DNA of 64,000 nucleotides from an uncultured virus (IMG/VR IMGVR_UViG_3300030202_001399) (Duplodnaviria > Heunggongvirae > Uroviricota > Caudoviricetes): IMG/VR virus record IMGVR_UViG_3300030202_001399, one strand, 5' to 3'. Positions 57,201 to 64,000 of the stretch are shown here, piece after piece (the first letter of the stretch is position 1; every line of letters begins with the position of its first letter). A program made the translations under genes and the position numbers. A model generated the notes under the pieces. It was not told the origin of the DNA. It made no database searches and saw only the letters and a list, made by a program, of their open reading frames with translations.

Positions 57201-58448
57201 TATCACTCCCTTTTGCTTTGCTTCTGTTCGGAATACTATATTCTGTATTCCTTTACCATAACGAAGAATAAATCCTCCTCCACTAGCATTCCATGTAGAT
57301 GACGATGCTTGCCTAGAGAAATCCAGTTCAATAGAGTTATCACTAGTATTGATTGTTTTTACATTTCCTACAAAATCATCTGTGGCATCATCGAACAATG
57401 ACATTCCTTGAAAGACTGTATTCATAAAAGTGGAATAACTGCCAGTGCTAACGAATAGTTTCTTTGATGAACTTCCTTCTTCAAACGCTGAGTAAGCATT
57501 ACTTGTATTCAGGAATCCTACTTGATTTTGGTTTCCAGCCCCATGATTGTAATCCCACCATCTCAATCTAGTGACGGTGTATTTCTCCATGTAGTCCAAC
57601 TGGTCATCCTGCTCCAACCTGTCATTGTAGAAGTAGAACGTTGGTCTATCGACTCTGTTTAGCACATCATAGTTGTCTGTCGAAGCCTGATTATCACCAC
57701 GAAGCCCATAACTCACAGCCATGACATCGGTATCTGTCTTCGCTGGCCCTTTGAATATCTCAAAGTTAGTTCCCTTTGGAACTGGTGCATGATACTTAGG
57801 GCTAAACTCCAAACCGTCACCAACCTCATCAAATGTTGATATTCTAGTTATCTTAGCGAAATGCGGTCTTGCAGTATCTGATTGTGTGGAAGAATCGTAT
57901 ATCTCAGGGTTTAGGAGAACAAAGTAATCATAGTTCTCTATGTCCAATGCCACAACATCAGTAGCAGGGTAGTCAATGACAGATGCACCTAATGATGTAT
58001 CTGCATATACAAACTTTCTATTTGTCTCGCCTGTGCTAACACTAGTATCGAATGCCTTTATCTTGAAAGGAGGGGTTGTCTCCTTGGTCGTAGCATAATT
58101 AGCGATGGTCTTGTTCTTAGGGAGAAGCCTATTTCCTATTTGGTCAGCCTTGTCATTTGATATAGAGCCACCATGAGACCCCTTTCTAATCTCGGTGAAT
58201 ATGACAGATGCAATTACATCAGTTATAGCCGTTCCTGTTCCGCTAGTCTCAGACTCTACATATGTTGCTTTCAAAACAGGATTGACTGATACATCCTTGA
58301 ATGCCTTTCCAGTAGAGAACTCAGTAGTCATACTGGCGTAGGCTTCGTTGGCATCATCCTCGTTAACTCCTGATTTCAAGGGATAGAGAATAGTTCCATT
58401 TGTCTTTGCCATCTCAATCACCAAAGGAGTAGTAGAACAGAGTATCAC
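51255..58448 (-). CDS. Giant tail tip/hub protein (2397 aa; start probably 58412)
   Basis: Hub-like segments ('VFDGIVE...VEGRD'; 'NKVTVIG...LEAGDIVFLDFP...IFEIEN') flanking large insertions. Confidence 0.65.
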   Translation of the reverse strand: MILCSTTPLVIEMAKTNGTILYPLKSGVNEDDANEAYASMTTEFSTGKAFKDVSVNPVLKATYVESETSGTGTAITDVIASVIFTEIRKGSHGGSISNDKADQIGNRLLPKNKTIANYATTKETTPPFKIKAFDTSVSTGETNRKFVYADTSLGASVIDYPATDVVALDIENYDYFVLLNPEIYDSSTQSDTARPHFAKITRISTFDEVGDGLEFSPKYHAPVPKGTNFEIFKGPAKTDTDVMAVSYGLRGDNQASTDNYDVLNRVDRPTFYFYNDRLEQDDQLDYMEKYTVTRLRWWDYNHGAGNQNQVGFLNTSNAYSAFEEGSSSKKLFVSTGSYSTFMNTVFQGMSLFDDATDDFVGNVKTINTSDNSIELDFSRQASSSTWNASGGGFILRYGKGIQNIVFRTEAKQKGVISNIGRRKLDATLVDNLRTTDDGDGNFNPILWHKAFPNMKRHTSDSTSATSSTLDGNRTGPSRYITADPRPRRNDVIPLTTDVIVNSPQNKMSKMFKTMAMNNSGMLPFKIRQGQTLKAMKTAFSDKVSFKPLPFKASKVDGANEIRFTDMLDTHDYALSTKLASDSIIKVDGYYYVINAIQSKSSGTQDVTVKANKTLNATSFTVAVTVHEFDNADVEIAHWTGVLNTENFDSDTQVVYADGNRLTISGTTIPKEQSKFFDSKVVFTSLSGHQNHVDYIDKDMEYVKFQDASRKFYQNTSVPRFYYYNDGYSLQEEVFDGIVELTETNAENGLSTLVVEGRDSNASLLNTLIDKNLLFSEDMAYSTLNPIVPATNTATMVVNSVSGKVLNHDSITDWDTTALARTLLFTRSTTEADNMIFIGEVASVAGNNQSTTLTHKPLVNLSTSADTDIYYYDPHAEATYFAGKKAIGSNPLITNSATDFSRVSDKGLVFSDSFSFDRTGTRTKLESTSNTASFAEDRTLGYNISNPISINSLNTSTLDADSSFAIQLSKETGVSTTKINKMTYASEMFDVIETISKDDGGFIMSIAPICPIVMGRLEDNTSESRTNVRSLYLVNNNVNSGGFIHRADTQTGSTGTLDLIGLDDIYTPRETYRYWDLQKLSEGALTKSDAGIYTNADFPQAITGYSVAYPIKGNGVVTDLTSTQGIGEQVAVLGTSGSTITYTDYDFSKPAYSTSTTPVLGSNMIDDDYVLRYSTGSVFAGLATGSKLPKHIVNREGAVADNSARKEDIGKIKYHAPKAQNYELLVTGDLFPYSKLRYNNIGNSTLNFEDFACLVEAEGSKSSTQVSHSGYTGKTLMADKRDNNFERVSIKSANKTTNQIKRFGIARLIEATFDWHFNPVDPDSLPSPSDSLVDISGYQIFTQLDTTFNNTQNPSVTIGSSGSNRSITFSGGGTLSLAAGDAFFRRDTGDMVFVVNATITNMTSGSNQSALVNVTGSTADLNTTCYLIRDYQPMSMKIGKFDDEGFQKTHTTSVGGNTVDVPRIDFTSVYLARPNLSTEGSVFEYALLEDSGGDEFNPPSIFLPLPFESRTSGNIGSVNSDVCGQSPYHRPTMWHTANGITAPTSRVYMNSSRVIAGLVHGDMNASAGDELQRYGLEGDDHVYDNCIGVFRNIRHVSKEGPSIPEDMFQTSALLGSNDEVTAFGSYSAGTDLDQHSPNTMIFKDNTNQKAFALSGTHARAGVSQFISNENFVDAGAQYFLSDKEGDALTTDTFTHHKAMTTTHASNTGGLYRAQMMIKPVLDVSSTAVSIDSGATNKIITITLNTTSNTNQSDHAWLNFVPNLTGYYLVAERQQEETSDINLGSISGLNSAYSSIHPNAFLQSSGGNIGYLAKILSHTTNQTQSNATSVVHTITVDTNLPTEETSGSFRIGLGPRYRIMRLAETTFKNTPKEIVLNRLHSTGLDYSETSSNFLTGAIGETIHAKNYINEGVFSAYVLMNLDTAPSGTQRIVPSSVAQSFANLPYSDGDTFDCFITDGTNSERKTITVSNTSKDIPTSIRRDEFKLTYEGTLTGNGVVSFGEVIDLELSRKPNLDKISKCHIGTSMIIGEEVETEIERIIKEAGLDVDMVQTQAEFTGNIVSSVSNNVITCKATVENIADGDIIFTHEGYPIGSVSSTSGTTITVNDVDTTDTDVDLWFVPLVNDEIIKFNKKTFVSTDNFVQASAFQMLNKLAGKKNLDFSVNNKKVVFRDLNSAPLLRKQGISYRSHRVFSVKKNSSLFARANKVTVIGDRIKTSVSSDDTGTHIKFIDANIRSITDAKVKAIELLELHSSDARKITLNVEKKGLETLEAGDIVFLDFPQYDIPPNDYIIFEIENVLTPTLTMTVGTFDKTIAERLSEIGTQQSASSSTLFSRNSQQVSTGKTISDSISLKTTLVQYTITGTGETANMGFDDLFGFGETLGFETTAGQVIGYYTSED

Positions 58449-60960
58449 TGTAATTAGGAGTCAGAGTAGTGATGGTAGGACAAGGAGTAGCAGACTTGTG
58501 AAATGCAATCTCATAGAGTTCTCCCATGAATTGAGTGGCCTTTCTAGCAGTAGCAGATAGAGTTCCATTCTGTCCTATGAAGCAGTCACCCGGACTTGTA
58601 TCCAATCTGAACTTACCGATGTTTACCTTTGCTCTCTTCACTGGTTGATTATTCAGATACAAGGTGATGGTATTCCCATCAAAGGACATGCCAACCTTAC
58701 TTGGTTGCTCCAAATACAGAGCCTCCTTCTGTTGGTCTCTGTATATCGTTCCTGTGACTGTTGTAGCAGGAGCAGATGCAAGTGTAATCGTGTTTCCGCT
58801 TACTGAAGAAACAGTTCCTATGAGTGTCCCGACATTGTTGTATATCTCATTACCAGCACCTATTCCATCTGCTTCACCTGACCCTACATTGATATCATTG
58901 GAGTTAGTGCTGAATGCTACTATTGTCAATCCTGAACTTATGCCTGTATTGCTGATTGCTTGGTCTCCTGCTGATGCTGCCACGATGGTTAGTGTACTGC
59001 CACTTCTAGTCACCGTCAGAGAACCATTGTGACCTGAAGACCCTGCGATAACTGTTCTTAGATTATCAGCAGTCGTTTGTGTATTTCCCACTACGTTTGT
59101 AAAGAAGACAACATCATTGCTTCCTTCTGTTGTAGTAGAACCATTGGTCTCACTGTTATCTCCCTTGGTTGGTTTGTACTTCTTGACGAGACCAGCACTG
59201 TCCTCTAGCGTGATGAATGCGGTTGGTGTGCTTGCGGCAGAATAGTTGGAGAATTGACTGCCACTTACTGTGATAATACTAGAATAGCCACTTACTCTTG
59301 CTAATGTTTGACTTGATTGAGTTGCTCCGCTAGGTGAAGTAACCGTAACTACATTACTACTGGCTGCTGCCTCAGTTCCCCCAAAGCCAGTTCCTGTGAA
59401 TGCAGCATTGATTGCTCCTGCTAGATAACCAGCAGTGACACTTGTATTACCTCCTATCAGAACTTTGTGAACAGGACTAACGCTTGTTGTGCTGTTAGTA
59501 TCCAATGCTCCATTTGTAAAACTACCACTAAAGAACTTGAAGTATTTAGCAGCCGTTAAAGTGCCATTTGAGTTTCGTAATCTGACTGTCATGTAGTAGT
59601 CTACATTACTAGCACTCGTAGCGTTCGTACCTCCTGAGAAGGTACTAGCAGTTAGTTTACTGCTATTCGCAATTGTTGAACCAATAACAGGGCCAGTGTT
59701 AGGCGTGGTACTGTGGTTTCCTGCTGTTCCAGTGGCATCCTGTGTTAATGAAATAGTTCCTGTCGTTCCACTAGTGCTGGGTGTTGTAGCAGTAATATCC
59801 AATCCTGAACTTGGGTTGCTTCCACTACCATTTTGAGAATTGATTGCAGTAGTTAACATGAATCTAAAATGAGCGTCACTTGTGTTAGAGCCACCAGCAT
59901 TACCGCTCTGAGGAACGAACACATCGACATTGCTATTGTCTTGAACGTATCCCAACCCTGTAACAAGCACATCCCCATCAGCACCAGCATCTATTGCTTC
60001 AGTGAGCGTTAAGGCTCTAGCACCACTTCCCTGCATGTCACTAGGCCAGCCACCTGAACTAGAATTATCTGTATAAAAGAACCTGAATGTCTTATTGGAA
60101 CTAGTACCTGAGCCTGTTTGCCTGTTTCTGAGAATGATGGCATTGTTGTTACTAGCAGCCGTACTCGCTGTTATAGGAGTAGGACTCCAACCACTACCGA
60201 ATATTATTGACCCCGTTGCACTAGTACCACTCGTTCCAGCAACGTCTAGATGGGAAGAACCGGGAACAGCATCCACAGTGAATGTGGCAGTACCCTGTAC
60301 TTCAGCAGTGTTTGTGAAACTAGCCAAGTTACCTGTGACTTGTGTTGTTGCTGTTGGAAGAGAACCTGTTGCACTACTGGTTATTTTCGTCTTGTCTGTT
60401 GTTATGCCACTGTAAAGGCCATTAGGGTCATAGTATCCAGTCAGTGATTTCTTAGATACGAATACTGGCTCACTAGCAACCGTGTGGCTTATCGGAGTAC
60501 CGATGGAGTCTGTTAGTTCTACAACCAACTTGTACTCTGCTGGCTGATTGAAGTTGGAGGATGTGGTGTTCTGCAAGTAGAACTTCAGATAATCGTTGCA
60601 GAATATCATCATCTTATGTGAGTTTCTCCCTGCACCAAAATAAGACACACTCTCATAATTGGAAGTTGCATCTGCTTGGTCGTCTAGTGATAGGTTTGGA
60701 CTAGGAGGAGTCTTTGTGCTATCGAGCCTTCCTTGTCCTGATGTTCTGTGTCCAAGACCATTCACATCATAGGGTGTGACTATCGCTTCGATGCTGAACG
60801 GCCCTCCGTAATCCCATAGAGGATGTCTTGATTCGTCTATCGTATTGCTTCCAGTCAAGTCGTTGCTGTTGTAGTCATCATACTCTATCTTCAGATGTCC
60901 ATCGCACATCACAGGAAATATCAATGCTCTTGTATCTCCTACATGTGCTGTTGTTGCCAT
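58414..60960 (-). CDS. Tail protein with a LamG/concanavalin-like domain split by a long S/T/G-rich insert
   Basis: 'FSIEAIVTP' at the N-terminus and 'FDGNTITLYLN...FIGQ...FMGELYEIAF' at the C-terminus. Confidence 0.6.
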   Translation of the reverse strand: MATTAHVGDTRALIFPVMCDGHLKIEYDDYNSNDLTGSNTIDESRHPLWDYGGPFSIEAIVTPYDVNGLGHRTSGQGRLDSTKTPPSPNLSLDDQADATSNYESVSYFGAGRNSHKMMIFCNDYLKFYLQNTTSSNFNQPAEYKLVVELTDSIGTPISHTVASEPVFVSKKSLTGYYDPNGLYSGITTDKTKITSSATGSLPTATTQVTGNLASFTNTAEVQGTATFTVDAVPGSSHLDVAGTSGTSATGSIIFGSGWSPTPITASTAASNNNAIILRNRQTGSGTSSNKTFRFFYTDNSSSGGWPSDMQGSGARALTLTEAIDAGADGDVLVTGLGYVQDNSNVDVFVPQSGNAGGSNTSDAHFRFMLTTAINSQNGSGSNPSSGLDITATTPSTSGTTGTISLTQDATGTAGNHSTTPNTGPVIGSTIANSSKLTASTFSGGTNATSASNVDYYMTVRLRNSNGTLTAAKYFKFFSGSFTNGALDTNSTTSVSPVHKVLIGGNTSVTAGYLAGAINAAFTGTGFGGTEAAASSNVVTVTSPSGATQSSQTLARVSGYSSIITVSGSQFSNYSAASTPTAFITLEDSAGLVKKYKPTKGDNSETNGSTTTEGSNDVVFFTNVVGNTQTTADNLRTVIAGSSGHNGSLTVTRSGSTLTIVAASAGDQAISNTGISSGLTIVAFSTNSNDINVGSGEADGIGAGNEIYNNVGTLIGTVSSVSGNTITLASAPATTVTGTIYRDQQKEALYLEQPSKVGMSFDGNTITLYLNNQPVKRAKVNIGKFRLDTSPGDCFIGQNGTLSATARKATQFMGELYEIAFHKSATPCPTITTLTPNYSDTLFYYSFGD

Positions 60961-60968
60961 TCATTCAC

Positions 60969-61742
60969 CTACATGTTGTTGATTGGGTTTTCTGCTAGAA
61001 CCTTAGCAACCTCAAACTCCAAGGTGAAAGGTACAGCGTTTGCTTGCTCACCTGCGAAGGTGGTGTTGAAGGAGCGTATGAATCCTGACATTCCTGTTAT
61101 CTCATCCACATCTGAAACATCTGAGAATGCTGAGAGGGGAGAGATGTCAATCAAATCTGAAACTCCTGTTGTCGAGTCTATGAAATCGTTTGCTGCTCTT
61201 TTGAATCTCTCATCGTATCTCCTATTCTCATAGGTAAATGGAATGAGTGGTAAGTCTGACATATCTTTGGTCTCTGTTCCTATTACTCCACTACCGGGGT
61301 TGTGGCTTTCATGGTACTCAAAGTTGGTATCGATTCTGCTAGGCATCAGAATGATAAGTTTGTTCATCGACTGGTCATCTTGTGCTGCACTGCTATCAAC
61401 ATAGGAATGTATCAGTTGAGCCATCTCAAATGGAGTTAGTATCCTCTCTTTAGCAGATGCACTTCCCTCCCCTGTGTCCTTGGATATCCTTTGATTCAGG
61501 AGTGTTCCTGTGAGGCTTATCGCCTTGTTTGATATACCCATATCAAAGGCAAGAGTCTCTGACTTTCCGGTTGCCATAGAAGCAAAGGGAACTGGTAGAG
61601 TGGGAACTGTCTTGCTTGTGTTGATTCCTATCTCCGTCACGAACAGTGGTATTCTATTCACTGCTCTGTCTCCGCCTATCTCGTTCCTTCTTTGCAGTTC
61701 TAGAAAAACGCTGAAGTTGCTGTAACTGTCACTTGTTGCCAT
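60969..61742 (-). CDS. Putative distal tail protein
   Basis: Immediately after the tape measure gene; beta-rich. Confidence 0.5.
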   Translation of the reverse strand: MATSDSYSNFSVFLELQRRNEIGGDRAVNRIPLFVTEIGINTSKTVPTLPVPFASMATGKSETLAFDMGISNKAISLTGTLLNQRISKDTGEGSASAKERILTPFEMAQLIHSYVDSSAAQDDQSMNKLIILMPSRIDTNFEYHESHNPGSGVIGTETKDMSDLPLIPFTYENRRYDERFKRAANDFIDSTTGVSDLIDISPLSAFSDVSDVDEITGMSGFIRSFNTTFAGEQANAVPFTLEFEVAKVLAENPINNM

Positions 61743-63748
61743 TAAAATTTCACCACCGATGTCGAAGTTCTATTCATTCTAGTATTGATTTCTCTTGCTA
61801 CCTTGTTCGCTATGTCTCGTATCTCAGTATCAGAAGCACCTACTCTTCCGGTTACTTGTACTGTAATGTTGTTAGTTACACTGCCTCCACCCATCATCGA
61901 GCGGGTATCTGAGTTGTTGTATACTCTAGAGCCTTGAGGTAATCTGACTAGTTCCGGTCCTCTCTCCCCTACCATGTGCATACCAGTCTTTGGAACGATA
62001 CCTCCTTGTGCAAAACCAAAGACTCCCCCAATCTTGTTACCAAGTTTCCTTATACCATCTCCTACCTTCTCTACTGCTTCAGGAGATACAGCCTCTTTCA
62101 AAGCGGTCTTTATTTCTGCAAGGGTTGGTAGGTTTATGTTGTCGTAAAGGAAATCTTTGACACTAACAAATACGTCATATATCCCTCCTAAGACTTTTCC
62201 TATTGCATCTGCATGTGGTATTAGTTTGTCTGCTAGGAAGATTATAGCAGCCATTGCTGCGGCGAATAGGATAGCAGGAAGACCAATGAAGAGTGCTGCT
62301 ATTAGAGCGATGCCTAGTGCTATCTTTGCTACGACCTTGACTACATGTAAACCAGCAGCAACAATCGCTCCTCTAGTGGTAGCAAAATCTTCTCTAATTT
62401 CCTCTAGCCTTGTATTGAAAACATTGCGAATAAACTCAACTGCTCCCATAATAACAGACCCGATAGTGGCTACCAATACCCCTGCTAGAATCTGCAAACT
62501 AGCAACAAGAAGTTGTCCAACACCAGCAACCACTTCTACGATATTACCATCTTGAAAGGCAGACCAAATATTGTTCAGTGCTTCCACGAAACTATCAATG
62601 CCAGTCGATATGATGCTTAGACCAACACCGAAGGTTTCCTTCATCACTTTGAATCCTTTGACGAATGCTTCTTTGTTCTCTTCAAACACATTCCTCAAGA
62701 TGGTTAGCCCTAGCATTATGAGAAGTAGATATCCTGCTGCCATGAACATCGTTCTAACGATGGACATGATTCCCTTTGCTATTCTCCCTGCGAATTTTGC
62801 AATATCTGTTAAGGGCTTAAACACAAACTTACCTGCTCTTCCAATAAATCTCAAAGTCCTTTTACTCCGTTTGTTACTATCCTTTTCAAGGGCTTGCAAG
62901 GCTCTCAGTTGTGCTATATCCTCTTTACTACTGAACCCCTTTCTGCCGCCGCCTGTGATACGTTCTTTGCCTGATTTGTCTGTTACTATTTTCATATCCC
63001 TAGATAAACCAGCCTCGTCAAATCTTTTATCTAACTCCTTCTCACCTACACCAAACTTACTTTCAGAAATTGCTGCTGCTGCATCAGTTACCTTTGTGTA
63101 CTGTTGTCCCACGAAATCCTTTGCAAACTTTGAAGCCTCTTTCATTTTATTGCTGATTGCAACTGATGCCTTCACAGTCAACATATTAGCAATGATACCC
63201 TCTTTTCTTCTTCTCGCTCCCTTAGTTGCAGCCTTCTCCAACTTCTCTATGTCCTTTACCTGCTTGTCCATCAGTTTAGACATCTCTCTGAGAGCCTTGT
63301 TTTGGTCTTGATGTTGAAACAGCAATCCTCCGAATATCTTGGATTGCTTTCTGATTGCCTCAACTGCTGCTTCTCTTTTTGCACCAGTGGCTTTCTCAGC
63401 CTTTTCTATGTTAGCCTGTATGTCTTGTATCTCTTTGGAAGTATCTGCAATCTCCGCATAGACCTTGAGTTGCTTTACTTCCTCTAGTCTTCTTCGCTCT
63501 GTCGAACTAGCCATCTCATTGAGAAGGATGACAGTAGCCTTGATTCTATTCTGTACTCTCCAAAGCCCTGTTCCTGATATGAATCGAGAGAAAACCTCCC
63601 AATTCTTTGAACCCATTATTGCATTGGTGCGACTTAGAGTGGCTTGCATGGCTCGCATGTTCTTTGCGCCATCGATGATGGCTCGGTCAATACCCTCAAA
63701 CTCCTCACGGAGATTCTTGATATCTTCCTGCGTATCCGACATTACCAC
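61742..63748 (-). CDS. Tape measure protein
   Basis: Helical, hydrophobic segments; 'FAQGG...VGERGPELV' C-terminal motif; follows the chaperone genes. Confidence 0.8.
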   Translation of the reverse strand: MVMSDTQEDIKNLREEFEGIDRAIIDGAKNMRAMQATLSRTNAIMGSKNWEVFSRFISGTGLWRVQNRIKATVILLNEMASSTERRRLEEVKQLKVYAEIADTSKEIQDIQANIEKAEKATGAKREAAVEAIRKQSKIFGGLLFQHQDQNKALREMSKLMDKQVKDIEKLEKAATKGARRRKEGIIANMLTVKASVAISNKMKEASKFAKDFVGQQYTKVTDAAAAISESKFGVGEKELDKRFDEAGLSRDMKIVTDKSGKERITGGGRKGFSSKEDIAQLRALQALEKDSNKRSKRTLRFIGRAGKFVFKPLTDIAKFAGRIAKGIMSIVRTMFMAAGYLLLIMLGLTILRNVFEENKEAFVKGFKVMKETFGVGLSIISTGIDSFVEALNNIWSAFQDGNIVEVVAGVGQLLVASLQILAGVLVATIGSVIMGAVEFIRNVFNTRLEEIREDFATTRGAIVAAGLHVVKVVAKIALGIALIAALFIGLPAILFAAAMAAIIFLADKLIPHADAIGKVLGGIYDVFVSVKDFLYDNINLPTLAEIKTALKEAVSPEAVEKVGDGIRKLGNKIGGVFGFAQGGIVPKTGMHMVGERGPELVRLPQGSRVYNNSDTRSMMGGGSVTNNITVQVTGRVGASDTEIRDIANKVAREINTRMNRTSTSVVKF

Positions 63749-63964
63749 TCACTTCTTCGTACCTTCTTTCATAGCCTCCGATTCCAGTCTCTTTATCTCT
63801 CCATGTATCTCTAACATTTCCTTAATCACTGTCGCTGGTGTATCATAAGCCTCCAATGGGTTGAGCGAGAAAGTAGCACAGTATGTATAGAGCATAATCT
63901 TCATCCCTATATCTGTACTTACACTACCTCCCTTCAATGCCCTTCGGATTAGTTTTCGTTTCCC
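63749..63964 (-). CDS. Tail assembly chaperone, -1 frameshift extension (gpT-like)
   Basis: Frame opens just before GGGAAAC and runs into the supplied ORF 63749-63937. Confidence 0.7.
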   Translation of the reverse strand, partial: GKRKLIRRALKGGSVSTDIGMKIMLYTYCATFSLNPLEAYDTPATVIKEMLEIHGEIKRLESEAMKEGTKK

Positions 63965-64000
63965 GTATCATCCCCCATGACATCCATGAACGGATTAGGG
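63949..64000 (-). CDS. 3' end of tail assembly chaperone (gpG-like), truncated by the window edge
   Basis: ...PNPFMDVMGDDTGNEN* containing G GGA AAC in frame. Confidence 0.55.
   Translation of the reverse strand, partial: PNPFMDVMGDDTGNEN

Noticed and set aside
38415..63848. Many plus-strand ORFs within the tail module
   Set aside because: Antisense shadows of long, codon-biased minus-strand genes

Overview
This window is most likely about 64 kb of a tailed archaeal dsDNA virus, with a gene set fitting the 'Magrovirus' viruses of Marine Group II Euryarchaeota. The host assignment is inferred from archaeal-type replication and transcription genes plus siphovirus-like tail genes. Layout: (1) 1-5.7 kb, minus-strand small genes. 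Three begin with a shared 'SWED(I/V)(I/L)K' leader, and several sit in cassettes each preceded by a stem-loop, a CATATG-centred palindrome and a conserved promoter-like motif. (2) 5.8-7.3 kb, strand-switch region with an AT-rich repeat tract (origin candidate) and a tandem run of predicted structured non-coding RNAs. (3) 7.3-37.8 kb, plus-strand metabolism and replication block: class II RNR, TFB, a dispersed ubiquitin-like set (Ubl ending GG-F, ThiF/E1, JAMM protease), PC4, ATP-dependent ligase, RFC, RPA-like protein, Sak4/RadB-like ATPase, PCNA, split PolB, Cas4-like nuclease, fused PriS-PriL primase, XPF/ERCC4, MCM-like helicase and a DEDD exonuclease. (4) 37.8-64 kb, minus-strand tail module: chaperone with a -1 slippery site, tape measure, hub proteins, two giant repeat-rich fibres and a methyltransferase. 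No tRNA, rRNA or CRISPR array was recognised. All calls come from reading motifs by eye; no database searches or folding programs were run.
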